Position numbers and translations under genes: made by a program
The notes under the pieces: generated by a model
Databases searched by the model: none
What the model saw: the letters and a program-made list of their open reading frames with translations, nothing else
What the model was told of the DNA's origin: nothing
Shown here: positions 17,329-25,842 of the stretch, piece by piece
Numbering within the stretch: position 1 is the first letter of the stretch
How the letters are laid out: every line of letters begins with the position of its first letter
Assembly (NCBI GenBank): GCA_963756905.1
Contig: CAVWPO010000023.1
Location: 1-28,643, forward strand
Length of the DNA stretch: 28,643 bases
Reading direction: 5' to 3'
Source: an uncultured Alphaproteobacteria bacterium
GTDB taxonomy: Bacteria; Pseudomonadota; Alphaproteobacteria; Geminicoccales; Geminicoccaceae

Positions 17329-18270
17329 GTGCGCGCGCTCAAAGCCGCCTTCGGCAGCCAGCCGCCGATCGTCCGGGCGGCGCTGCTGATGACCCTCGGC
17401 GCGATCTCGGTCGCGATCCAGAACAGCATGATCCGGGTGGTCTCGGCCGAGGTCCACTCCTTCGAGGTCGTGTTCTGGCGCAACGTCTTCGGCCTGCTCG
17501 CGATGCTGCCGTTCATGCGTGGGGCGGGCGGTGGCATCCGGCTCGACATGTTCCGGGCGCGCCGGCCGAGCCGCATCCTGATGATGAGCGTCTTCCACGT
17601 CGGCGGCATGATCTGCTACTTCGCGGCGATCGCCTGGCTGCCGCTCGCCGAGGTGATCGCACTCGCCTTCTCCAAGCCTCTGTTCGCGACCGTGGGCGCC
17701 GCGCTGGTGCTCCACGAGGTGGTGCGCGCCAGGCGCTGGAGTGCGATCGGGATCGGCTTCGTCGGCGTGCTGATCGTGCTCCGGCCGGGTGCTGAGGCGA
17801 TCTCGCCGTTTGCCCTCTTGGTGCTGCTCGGCGCCCTGCTCGCGGCCGCCACCACGCTCATGATCAAATACCTGACCCGCACCGAGCGGGTGCCGACCAT
17901 CGTCTGGTACCAGGCGCTGTTCGCGACCCTGCTCTCGTTCCCCTTGTGCCTCTTGCACTGGCGGCTGCCGGATCTCGCCGGCTGGCTGCTCCTGATCGGG
18001 ATCGGCAGCTTCGGCACGCTCGCCTGGCTGACGCTCGCCCAGGCGGTCCAGCTCGCGGACGCCTCGGCGGTGGTGCCGTTCGAGTTCCTGCGCCTGCCGT
18101 TCGCGGCGCTCGCCGCCTACCTCTGGTTCGGCGAGGTGCCGAGCCTCTGGACCTGGCTCGGCGGCGGGCTGATCTTCGGGGCGACCATCTACATCACCGA
18201 GCGCGAGGCGCGCCTTGCCCGGCAGCGGGCGGCGGCCGCGACGACTGCGGGCCCGGTCACCTCGCCTTAG
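17329..18270 (+). CDS. DMT superfamily (EamA-like) transporter
   Basis: 313-aa ORF with a GTG start 10 nt after the sulfatase stop. About 10 hydrophobic segments in two similar halves, as in EamA-domain proteins. Confidence 0.8.
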   Translation: MRALKAAFGSQPPIVRAALLMTLGAISVAIQNSMIRVVSAEVHSFEVVFWRNVFGLLAMLPFMRGAGGGIRLDMFRARRPSRILMMSVFHVGGMICYFAAIAWLPLAEVIALAFSKPLFATVGAALVLHEVVRARRWSAIGIGFVGVLIVLRPGAEAISPFALLVLLGALLAAATTLMIKYLTRTERVPTIVWYQALFATLLSFPLCLLHWRLPDLAGWLLLIGIGSFGTLAWLTLAQAVQLADASAVVPFEFLRLPFAALAAYLWFGEVPSLWTWLGGGLIFGATIYITEREARLARQRAAAATTAGPVTSP

Positions 18271-18282
18271 GCGAGACTGGCG

Positions 18283-19536
18283 TCAGGTCTCCGCCGGACG
18301 GGCCGAGGCGGCGCGGGTGCGCGTCGGGCCGGGTCGCTCCGGCGCCAGGCGATAGATCAGCAGCGCGCCGAGCAGCATGGCCGCGAGCAGGGCGAACACC
18401 AGGCGATAGCCCGCGGCCGAGCCCAGCGCCTCGCCGCCGCGGGTGAGGCCCACGACGTAGCCCGAGAGCCACTGCGCCACGAAGGCGGCCGACAGCGCCG
18501 AGAGATTGATCGTGGTGACCAGGCGCCCGGCGCGCTCGATCGGCACGAAGCTCCGGCCGTGGGCGGTGAGCGTGACGTAGAACGGGCTCGTGAGGCCGAG
18601 GCCGAGGAACAGGACGACCACGAGCCAAAGCGGCGGATCCGGCAGGCCCGCGAGGATGGCGAGGATCAGCATGCTGCTGCCGGCGCCGGCCAGGACCACG
18701 CCGCGCCTCGTCCCGAACCAGCGGTCGAGCGGGCCATAGGCGAGCGTGCCGAGGTTGAGCATCAGGACCATGCCGAGCAGGACATAGCTGGTCTGGTCCC
18801 GGCCGAGGCCGTGCACGTCCCGGAGATAAGGCCCGGCCCAGAGCCCGCCGGTGCCCATGAAGGGTGCTATGGTGCAGGCGGCCATCGCGAAGATCCGCCG
18901 CAGATCGGGATCGCCGAGCAGGGACCCGAGGCCGCGCAGGCTCTCCGCCAGGCTCTCGCGGCCGGCGCCGCGGACGGTGGCGGCGGCAGGCAAATCGCGG
19001 AGCAGAGCGCAGGCCACGAGCAGGGCGAGCGCGCACAGCAGATCGATCGCGAGGTAGGTGGGCGTCCAGCCGAACCTGTGCAGGGCGAGCGCCAAGGGCG
19101 TGGTCGCGAGCAGGCCGCCGACGAGGCTGCCGAGCGCCAAAACGGTCGCCGCGACCGTGGCGAAGCGCTCCGGCGGTGCCCAGCGCATGGCGAGCAGCAT
19201 GATGCTCGCGACCACGCCCGCGAAGCCCGCGCCGATCAGGAAGCGGCCGGCCGCGAGGCCGATGAAGCTCGTGGCGCGCGCGAACAGGAGCGTGCCGAGC
19301 AGGGCGAGCGTCACCATCGCCGTGACCGTCCGGCGCGCGCCGAAGCGATCGAAGGCGAGCCCGGCCGGCAGCTGCGCCGCCGCCGAGGCGAGCAGCATGG
19401 CGCCGATCACGAGGCCGATCTGGCCGGCGCCGAGGCCAAAGCTGCGATCGAGCTCGAGCGCCACCACGCCGCCCGAGGCGCGATGCAGCTGCGCGATCAC
19501 GAGCAACGCGCCGGCGACGGTCAGGACCCGGAACAT
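18283..19536 (-). CDS. MFS transporter
   Basis: 417-aa polytopic ORF. The loop motif AFDRFGARRT after TM2 is typical of MFS proteins. Confidence 0.8.
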   Translation of the reverse strand: MFRVLTVAGALLVIAQLHRASGGVVALELDRSFGLGAGQIGLVIGAMLLASAAAQLPAGLAFDRFGARRTVTAMVTLALLGTLLFARATSFIGLAAGRFLIGAGFAGVVASIMLLAMRWAPPERFATVAATVLALGSLVGGLLATTPLALALHRFGWTPTYLAIDLLCALALLVACALLRDLPAAATVRGAGRESLAESLRGLGSLLGDPDLRRIFAMAACTIAPFMGTGGLWAGPYLRDVHGLGRDQTSYVLLGMVLMLNLGTLAYGPLDRWFGTRRGVVLAGAGSSMLILAILAGLPDPPLWLVVVLFLGLGLTSPFYVTLTAHGRSFVPIERAGRLVTTINLSALSAAFVAQWLSGYVVGLTRGGEALGSAAGYRLVFALLAAMLLGALLIYRLAPERPGPTRTRAASARPAET

Positions 19537-19601
19537 CGGCCCAGGATAGCCGGGCCCCGGCGCCGGCGTCGATCGCGGCAGGCGCCTGCAGCCGCGGGCG
19601 G

Positions 19602-20834
19602 CTACCGGCCCGCCGGTGCGGCCGCCGGCTCGCCCTGGCGGCCGCCCGCGAACACGACGATCAGGGTCAAGAGGCTGAGCCCGGCGATCGTCCAGAACAG
19701 ATTGCCGGGATCGCCGAGGTCGAGCACCAGGCCGAACAGGAGCGGCCCGGCGATGCCGCCGATGCTGAAGCCCGTGGTCACGAAGCCGAACACCTTGCCG
19801 CTCGAGCCCGGCGGCGTGACCGCGCTCACCATCATGTCGCGCGACGGCGCGACCACGCCCGAGAACAGGCCGGTGCAGGCGAACAGCACGCCGACCAGAA
19901 GGATCGGCGGCCGCAGCAGCGGGACCGCGGCCGAGAACAGGGCGACCAGCAAAAAGCAGCCGGCGACCACCTGATGATGCTGCCGGGTCCGATCGGCGAT
20001 CCAGCCGCCGAGCAGCACGCCCAAGGTGCTGGCCACGAGGTAGACCGTGAGCGGCACGGTCGCCGCCGCCAGATCGACCTGGTAGAGGGCCTCGATCGCG
20101 GCCACGCTGAAGCTCGTGTAGCCGCCGAGGCTGATCGCCAGCATCACGAAGAACACCAGCGCCATCAGGATCGGCCCGCTCAGCAGCAGGCGCCAGCCGG
20201 GCGCCGCGGCGCCGCTCCCGGCCGCCCGGCGGCCGGCGTCCGCATCGGCGCGCAGCACGCCGCTGTTGGCGAGCAGCACCGCGGTCACGACCAGACCCGC
20301 CATGCCGGCCAGCAGCAGCGCGAGCCGCCAGCCGAACAGGGTCGCGAGCGAGACGATCACCGGCGGCGCCACCGCGAAGCCCGCATAGCCGCCGAAGGTG
20401 TGGATCGAGAACGCCCGCCCCATCCGCCGCTGGTCGACCGCCGCCGACAGGATCGCGTAGTCGGCCGGGTGAAACACGCTGTTGCCGAGCCCGGCCAGCA
20501 CCATCAAGAGGAGCAGGACCCGGTAGCTCGGCCAGACCCCGACCAGGCCGATCGCGAGGCTGAAGAGGGCGAGGCCGGTCATCAGGATGCCGCGCGCGCC
20601 GAACCGGTCGACCAGGAAGCCGACCGGCGCCTGGGTCAGCCCCGTGACGCCGTTGAGCACCGCGATCGCGACGCCGAGCTCGACATAGCCGACCCCGAAC
20701 GCGTCCTTGAGCAGCGGGAACAGGGGCGGCAGGAGCAGGATGTAGAAGTGGCTGAAGAAATGCCCGGTGCCGATCAGGCTCATCACCTTGAGGTCATGGC
20801 GGGCGGGCAGAGCGGCAGTCTGGATCATGCTCAT
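19602..20834 (-). CDS. MFS transporter
   Basis: 410-aa polytopic ORF. The LVDRFGARG motif after TM2, about 12 TM segments. Confidence 0.8.
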   Translation of the reverse strand: MSMIQTAALPARHDLKVMSLIGTGHFFSHFYILLLPPLFPLLKDAFGVGYVELGVAIAVLNGVTGLTQAPVGFLVDRFGARGILMTGLALFSLAIGLVGVWPSYRVLLLLMVLAGLGNSVFHPADYAILSAAVDQRRMGRAFSIHTFGGYAGFAVAPPVIVSLATLFGWRLALLLAGMAGLVVTAVLLANSGVLRADADAGRRAAGSGAAAPGWRLLLSGPILMALVFFVMLAISLGGYTSFSVAAIEALYQVDLAAATVPLTVYLVASTLGVLLGGWIADRTRQHHQVVAGCFLLVALFSAAVPLLRPPILLVGVLFACTGLFSGVVAPSRDMMVSAVTPPGSSGKVFGFVTTGFSIGGIAGPLLFGLVLDLGDPGNLFWTIAGLSLLTLIVVFAGGRQGEPAAAPAGR

Positions 20835-20924
20835 GGCGCGCCAGATTGGCAGATTCCGAGGCTTCGGGAAAGCCGGATGCGGCCTCCGATCTCGCCGCTC
20901 GCCGGGTGATCTCGGGCGGCCGGC

Positions 20925-21809
20925 TCAGCTGCCCGGGAGGACCAGGATCCGGTGCCAGGGCAAGGTCGCGCGCGCGAGAGTGACGGTCGGGGTCTGGCTG
21001 ATCACGACATCGTGGCTCGCGCGCACAAGTTCGAGAAAACGGGCGAGCGTGAACGGGCTGAAGTAGTGCATCGGGATCACCAGCGCCGGCCGGATCTGCC
21101 CGATCACCTCGACCATCAGCTCCTGGGCCATGGTGAAGCTGCCGTCGACCGGCACCAGGAGCACGTCGATCTGGCCGAGCTCGCGCAGGTGGACGTCGGT
21201 CAGGAGGTGGTGCAGGTGGCCGAGGTGGGCGATGCAGAGCCCTTGGGTCTCGAACACGAAGATCGAGTTGCCGTTGACCCGCACGCCGCCCGCCTCGCGC
21301 AGGTTGGTCGGCACGTTGCGGACGTGCAGGTCGAGGTAGGTGAGATCGTGGCGGGCGATCCCGCCGCCCGGGTCCCAGCCGCGCAGCACGTGCTCGATCC
21401 GGGGATCGGGATGGTCGGTGTAGTGGGTCTCGTGGGCGTTGTTCATGGTCGCGATGGCGGGCGGCTCGAAGCCGCCGAGGAAGCCGTTGTAGTCGGTGAC
21501 GGCACTCGCCCCGGCCGGGGTCTCGATCAGGAAGCTGGAATGGCCGAGGAAGGTCAGGCGCACGCTGCCGGCCGGCACGGCGGCGCGTTGCCCGGCCGCC
21601 GGCACGATCTGCGCCGGGCCGTCGGCGACCGGGAAGCATTGCGCGGCCAGCCGGGCTGCCGGCGCCGGCCGAGCCGAGCGCAGCCAGCCCGGCGAGCAGC
21701 CAGCGCCATGCGCTGCCGGCACGGACCGTGGGCGATCCGGCTGGCCATGACCCCTCCGCTCGTCAGGCCCCTGCCCGGCCGGACCGGCGGCTCGCGTGGG
21801 ACTCGACAA
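20925..21809 (-). CDS. MBL-fold metallo-hydrolase (Lactamase_B_3-like); N-terminus uncertain
   Basis: The body contains RLTFLGHSSFLIETP, typical of the beta-lactamase-fold UPF0173/Lactamase_B_3 group. The first ~60 codons of the track ORF are Arg/Pro/Gly-rich and doubtful. An in-frame GTG at 21722 is an alternative start (see finding). Confidence 0.7.
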   Translation of the reverse strand: MSSPTRAAGPAGQGPDERRGHGQPDRPRSVPAAHGAGCSPGWLRSARPAPAARLAAQCFPVADGPAQIVPAAGQRAAVPAGSVRLTFLGHSSFLIETPAGASAVTDYNGFLGGFEPPAIATMNNAHETHYTDHPDPRIEHVLRGWDPGGGIARHDLTYLDLHVRNVPTNLREAGGVRVNGNSIFVFETQGLCIAHLGHLHHLLTDVHLRELGQIDVLLVPVDGSFTMAQELMVEVIGQIRPALVIPMHYFSPFTLARFLELVRASHDVVISQTPTVTLARATLPWHRILVLPGS

Positions 21810-21890
21810 CGTCGATGCGCTTGTTGAAACCTAGCCGCTCTGCCAGGCAGAGCAAGCCGGACCCCGCCAACCAGCCAGGAAGGATCGCCG

Positions 21891-22847
21891 ATGCCCGAGC
21901 CGAACCCGCAGATGGCCGCCATTCTGGCCCTGATCGCCGAAGCCATGAAGGGCCGGCCGGAGCGCACCTCGCTCTCGCCGGTCGAGGCGCGGGCGCAGAC
22001 CAGCGCCACGACCGAAGCCTTCTGGAACGCCGACCGGCCGGTCCTCTGGGCGGTCTACAACCACGAGATCCCCGGCCCCGGCGGGCCGCTTCGCATCCGC
22101 CTGTACGATCCGGGGGCCGCGCGGCCGGCGCCCTGCCTGATCTACATCCACGGCGGCGGCTGGGTGATCTGCAGCCTCGACACCCATGACGGCGTCTGCC
22201 GGCGGCTCGCCCAGGCGGGCGGCTTCCTGGTCGCGAGCATCGACTATCGCCTGGCGCCGGAGCACAAGTTCCCGGCGGGCCTCGAGGACTGCGTCGCCGC
22301 GGTCCGCTGGCTCGCCGAGCATGGTGGCGCCTGGGGGATCGATCCCGCCCGGCTCGCGATCGGCGGCGACAGCGCCGGCGCCAACCTCGCGCTGGCCGTG
22401 CTCCTCAGCCTGCGCGACGCCGGCGCCAGCCCGCTGCGCGCGGGCCTCCTGATCTACGGCGCCTACGCGGCCTACACGGCCGACTTCAAATCCGCCTCGC
22501 AACAGGCCTTCGGCGACGGCAGCTACATCCTCTCGGCCGCCGACATGCGCTGGTTCTGGAACCACTACGTCCGGGACGAGGCCGACAACCGGAACCCGCT
22601 CGCGGTGCCGCTGCTGGCCGACCTTGCGGGCCTGCCGCCGCTCCTGGTGACCGCGGCCGAGCTCGATCCGCTGCTCGACGACAGCACGGCGCTGGTCGCA
22701 AAGCTCGAGGCGGCCGGCAGCCCCCACCGCTACGTGCTCTGGCCGGGCGTCACCCACGCCTCGATCCAGATGACCCGCATGCTCGATGTCGCCAAGGACC
22801 ACACCGAGGCCATGGCCGCCTGGCTGCGCGATCAGGTGGAGGGGTAA
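21891..22847 (+). CDS. alpha/beta hydrolase, hormone-sensitive-lipase (Aes-like) esterase family
   Basis: 318-aa ORF. HGGG oxyanion motif (IYIHGGGWVICS), nucleophile elbow GGDSAGANLA, and C-terminal DPLLDD and H in GVTHAS. An SD GGAAGGA lies 7 nt upstream. Confidence 0.9.
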   Translation: MPEPNPQMAAILALIAEAMKGRPERTSLSPVEARAQTSATTEAFWNADRPVLWAVYNHEIPGPGGPLRIRLYDPGAARPAPCLIYIHGGGWVICSLDTHDGVCRRLAQAGGFLVASIDYRLAPEHKFPAGLEDCVAAVRWLAEHGGAWGIDPARLAIGGDSAGANLALAVLLSLRDAGASPLRAGLLIYGAYAAYTADFKSASQQAFGDGSYILSAADMRWFWNHYVRDEADNRNPLAVPLLADLAGLPPLLVTAAELDPLLDDSTALVAKLEAAGSPHRYVLWPGVTHASIQMTRMLDVAKDHTEAMAAWLRDQVEG

Positions 22848-23036
22848 GAATCGCGCTGGCCTGCATCGTGGCGGCGCACCGGCCGTGGTTGCGCATGACG
22901 CACGGTCGACCGCCGTTCGGGCAGCTCGCGGATCGCCGCAGCCGGCGATGTCCGGTGTCCTGGACGACGCAGCCGGGAACGGCCGCGGACCGGCGGGCGT
23001 TGCCGCCATGACGGGACCGGGAACGGGAGCAGAGAC

Positions 23037-23324
23037 ATGGCGACCTACGAGCCTCGGCCGATCGACACCTCGAGGGTCGAGCTGGACGAGGAGCTGCAGC
23101 AGCTGACCGAGCGGCTGGCCGAGAACGCCCACGACCACTGGGCCAGGCGGCGCATGGCGGAGGGCTGGACCTTCGGCCGGGTGCGCGACGACGGCGCGCG
23201 CAGGCACCCCAACCTGGTGCCCTACGACCAGCTGACCGAGGCGGAGAAGGAGTACGACCGCGAGACCGCGATGCAGACGCTGCGCGCGATGATCGCGCTC
23301 GGCTGGCGGATCGAGCCCGCCTGA
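23037..23324 (+). CDS. RyR (ryanodine-receptor repeat) domain-containing protein, stand-alone
   Basis: 95-aa ORF with an SD GGGAG upstream. LAENAHDHWARRRMAEGWTFG...RRHPNLVPYDQLTEAEKEYDRETA matches the bacterial RyR-domain pattern (E..H..W...R...GW.YG......HP.LVPY..L.E.EK..DR). Confidence 0.85.
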   Translation: MATYEPRPIDTSRVELDEELQQLTERLAENAHDHWARRRMAEGWTFGRVRDDGARRHPNLVPYDQLTEAEKEYDRETAMQTLRAMIALGWRIEPA

Positions 23325-23382
23325 GCCCGTGAGCGGCCGCCCGACCGCCGACCGGGGCGCCGGGCGGCGGGCAGCCGCGGGC

Positions 23383-24576
23383 TCAGGGGTGGTTCGCGCG
23401 CATCGATGCCGGCTGCCCCGGCAGCTGGAGCTTCTTGCCGGTATCGGTCACCTGGCCGCCGTCGACCTTGAGGATCGAGACGTTGCTGTCGAGGAAGTTG
23501 CCGACGTAGAGATGGCTGCCGTCCTGGCTGAACACGACGCCCTCGGGCAGGCGGCCGACGTCGACCTCGCCGGTCTTGGTGACCTTCTTGCCGTCGATCG
23601 CCAGCACCGCGACCTTGCCGGCCGGATGGGCGAACCAGGCGTCCTTGGCCACCCCGCCGCTGCCGTTCAGGAGCACGGCGGCCGCAATCTTGCCGGTCGG
23701 GCTGATCGCGAAGCCCTCGGGCGCGTCGCCGACCACCACCTTGTCGATGGCGCGCGGCGGGTCGGCCTCGAGGTCGATCACGGTCACCGTGTCGACGTGG
23801 CCGTCGGAGGTGCCGGCGTTGCCGTTGTCGGCGGTCAGCGCGAGCTTGCCATCCGGGGTGATCGCGAGATTGTACGGCCAGAGACCGACCGGGATGTCGT
23901 AGCCGCCGTAGGTGACCTTCTGGCCATCGATCGCCAGCACCGCGATCTTGTGGTCGGCGAACTTGGCGGCGAGCGCCCGCTTGCCGTCGGGCGTGATCGC
24001 GACCGCCGAGACCTGGGACTTCGCGTCCGCGGCGGCGACCTTTACGGTATCGACCAGCTTGACCTCTTTGCCATCGATCGCGAGCACGCCGATCGAGTTG
24101 TCGGCGCGGTTGGCGACCAGGGCGAGGTTGCCGGCGGCGTTGATCGCCAGCCCCGAGGGTTGCTTGCCGACCTCGACCGTGGCGATCGGCATCGGCGGGT
24201 CGGCCTGGAGGTCGATCACGTAGAGCTTGTTGTCCGGCACCGGCTTCCAGGCGCCGTCCTGCTTGGTCCAGGCCATCGCGTTGGTCGCGATCGCGAGCAT
24301 CCCGTCGGGGGTGATCGCGAGGTTGGTCGGCGGCCCGAAGACCGAGTTCATGAGCGCCAGATTGGCGATGATCTTGGGCTTCTCCGGGTCGGTGCCGATG
24401 TCGACGATCGAGATCGAATCGCCGCCCGGCGCCGCGGTCACGACCTTGCCGGCAGCATCCCAGCTGACCTTCTGATCGTTGCCCACGATCATCAGCTCGG
24501 CGCTCGCGATCGCCGGCAGCGCAGCCCAGGCCGCCACGGCCGCGCAGATAGGAAGGCACCGCCTGCTCATCGTCAT
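23383..24576 (-). CDS. secreted beta-propeller repeat protein (YncE/YVTN/lactonase-like)
   Basis: This is the C-terminal ~397 codons of track ORF 23383..25563, starting at ATG 24576 or 24570 after GGAG. The signal peptide is MTMSRRCLPICAAVAAWAALPAIASA. Blade motifs recur: LAITPDG, LAINAAGN, VAITPDGK, LAITPDGK, FAISPTGK, VVFSQDGS. Confidence 0.8.
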   Translation of the reverse strand: MTMSRRCLPICAAVAAWAALPAIASAELMIVGNDQKVSWDAAGKVVTAAPGGDSISIVDIGTDPEKPKIIANLALMNSVFGPPTNLAITPDGMLAIATNAMAWTKQDGAWKPVPDNKLYVIDLQADPPMPIATVEVGKQPSGLAINAAGNLALVANRADNSIGVLAIDGKEVKLVDTVKVAAADAKSQVSAVAITPDGKRALAAKFADHKIAVLAIDGQKVTYGGYDIPVGLWPYNLAITPDGKLALTADNGNAGTSDGHVDTVTVIDLEADPPRAIDKVVVGDAPEGFAISPTGKIAAAVLLNGSGGVAKDAWFAHPAGKVAVLAIDGKKVTKTGEVDVGRLPEGVVFSQDGSHLYVGNFLDSNVSILKVDGGQVTDTGKKLQLPGQPASMRANHP

Positions 24577-24894
24577 CGTCTCCATGTCTCTGTTGGCCGC
24601 GTCCGGTTGTCTCCGGCCGGCATCGGCGCGCGACTTCTCCGACCAGCCCCGGGCTCGCCGCGCGCGCTCTGATTGCCGACTATGACCGCCGGCGAGAGGC
24701 TCGACAACTCCCTTTGGGAAGGACGCTCGGGACGGCGACAACCGAAGAGCGTTTTCAATTCCTAAAGCTTTTCTATTCATGGGTGTGAAGGGGCTCACTG
24801 ACACCGGCCACGTTCCGTCCGATCCTCCAAGCATAGTCAATCGGGCGCCAGGCGTTGCCCGTGCATGGCGCCTCACCCTGGAGGGATCAAAACC

Positions 24895-25842
24895 ATGCAG
24901 ATCGGATTGTCCGACGCACCAGCGCCCTATCAGGCAAAGCCCAACGGCGCGCATCCAGTTGACGTCATTCCCGCCCTCAAGGAGGAGAAGAGCCGGCGCG
25001 CCAGGGAGCGCAACCTCATTCGCGTCTTTTTGAGCCACAAGAAGAAAGATTTCAAAGCCGCTAACCAGATCCGCGAAGTGCTGCGTATTCAATCTGCCGG
25101 TCACATCGAAGTCTTCATGTCCGAAAACATCACCAAAGGTGATGATTGGCAGGGGAAGATCGAGCAGGCCTTGTATGAGTCCGACTGGTTCATTCTGCTG
25201 TATTCCGGCGTCGACGACGACTGGGCGTGGTGCCACCACGAGGCCGGGATTTTCCGGGGTATGGTGTACCCCGATGCCGACCGCCTGGTCGTCCTCTACC
25301 CGCCCAACGTCGAGCTGCCCGACCCGCTCAAGAAATACCAGGCGGTCAAATGTCAACCGCCCCAGCCCGATCAGCCCGACGAGCTCGATCTGTTCTTCAA
25401 GGAGATTTTCGGCAAGCCGCCCTATCCGGGCCTGCCGCCGATCAACTCGGTATTCGCCAACGAAGCCTGTGCCACCCGGCAGGACGCCGCCGAGAAGATC
25501 GTCCAGGCCGTGGGCTTTCTGGTCGTCAACTCGATCGTACCCGAGAACGTCATGTATCTGCACGTGCCCGACGTCAATCTGCTCAAGTCGGCAGCGGTCC
25601 CGGATGGCATCAGCATCTGGCGCGGCTCGAGTGCCATGCGCCTGTTCGAGCTCGGCGACACCGGCTTTTCATGGCAACAGTTTCAGGCGCGAACTCGATG
25701 CCGATCTTCGCCAAAACCTCGATGCGACATTCTGGCCTGCGATTTACAAGGCGTGCGCCAAATCATTGACCAGCTGTCGAGTGGCGGCGACCTACACGGT
25801 CTTCCGGTCGCCGGCGCGACGGACACCACTATCTGCCGGTGA
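24895..25842 (+). CDS. TIR domain-containing protein (N-terminal TIR, uncharacterised remainder; C-terminal ~50 codons of this frame doubtful)
   Basis: ATG 24895 lies 10 nt after GGAGG; ATG 24865 is an alternative start. IRVFLSHKKKDFKAANQIREVL...GHIEVFMSENITKGDDWQGKIEQALYESDWFILLYSGVDDDWAWCHHEAG fits the TIR_2 pattern, including the WC..E putative catalytic Glu. GC is locally much lower than in the flanks. Confidence 0.8.
   Translation: MQIGLSDAPAPYQAKPNGAHPVDVIPALKEEKSRRARERNLIRVFLSHKKKDFKAANQIREVLRIQSAGHIEVFMSENITKGDDWQGKIEQALYESDWFILLYSGVDDDWAWCHHEAGIFRGMVYPDADRLVVLYPPNVELPDPLKKYQAVKCQPPQPDQPDELDLFFKEIFGKPPYPGLPPINSVFANEACATRQDAAEKIVQAVGFLVVNSIVPENVMYLHVPDVNLLKSAAVPDGISIWRGSSAMRLFELGDTGFSWQQFQARTRCRSSPKPRCDILACDLQGVRQIIDQLSSGGDLHGLPVAGATDTTICR

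Noticed and set aside
14112-17958. Long ORFs 14112..16241 (+) and 16519..17958 (-)
   Set aside because: They are antisense shadow ORFs over the dehydrogenase operon and over the sulfatase/DMT genes. The opposite frames carry Rossmann, CxPxR and TM-segment evidence.
23320-23387. Inverted repeat CCTGAGCCCG / CGGGCTCAGG between the convergent RyR and propeller genes, considered as a bidirectional terminator
   Set aside because: It has a 10-bp stem but a 48-nt GC-rich loop and no T-tracts. Its right arm overlaps the propeller stop codon. This is insufficient to call.
23383-24576. Beta-propeller gene as part of the TIR system (TIR-WD40-like logic)
   Set aside because: It has a clear signal peptide (periplasmic or secreted) and host-like 70% GC. 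It is divergently transcribed from the TIR gene. The YncE/lactonase-type blades are common housekeeping periplasmic proteins.
24577-25563. N-terminal extension of track ORF 23383..25563 (726 aa)
   Set aside because: It is antisense to the TIR coding region. The propeller protein has its own SD, ATG and signal peptide at 24570-24576.
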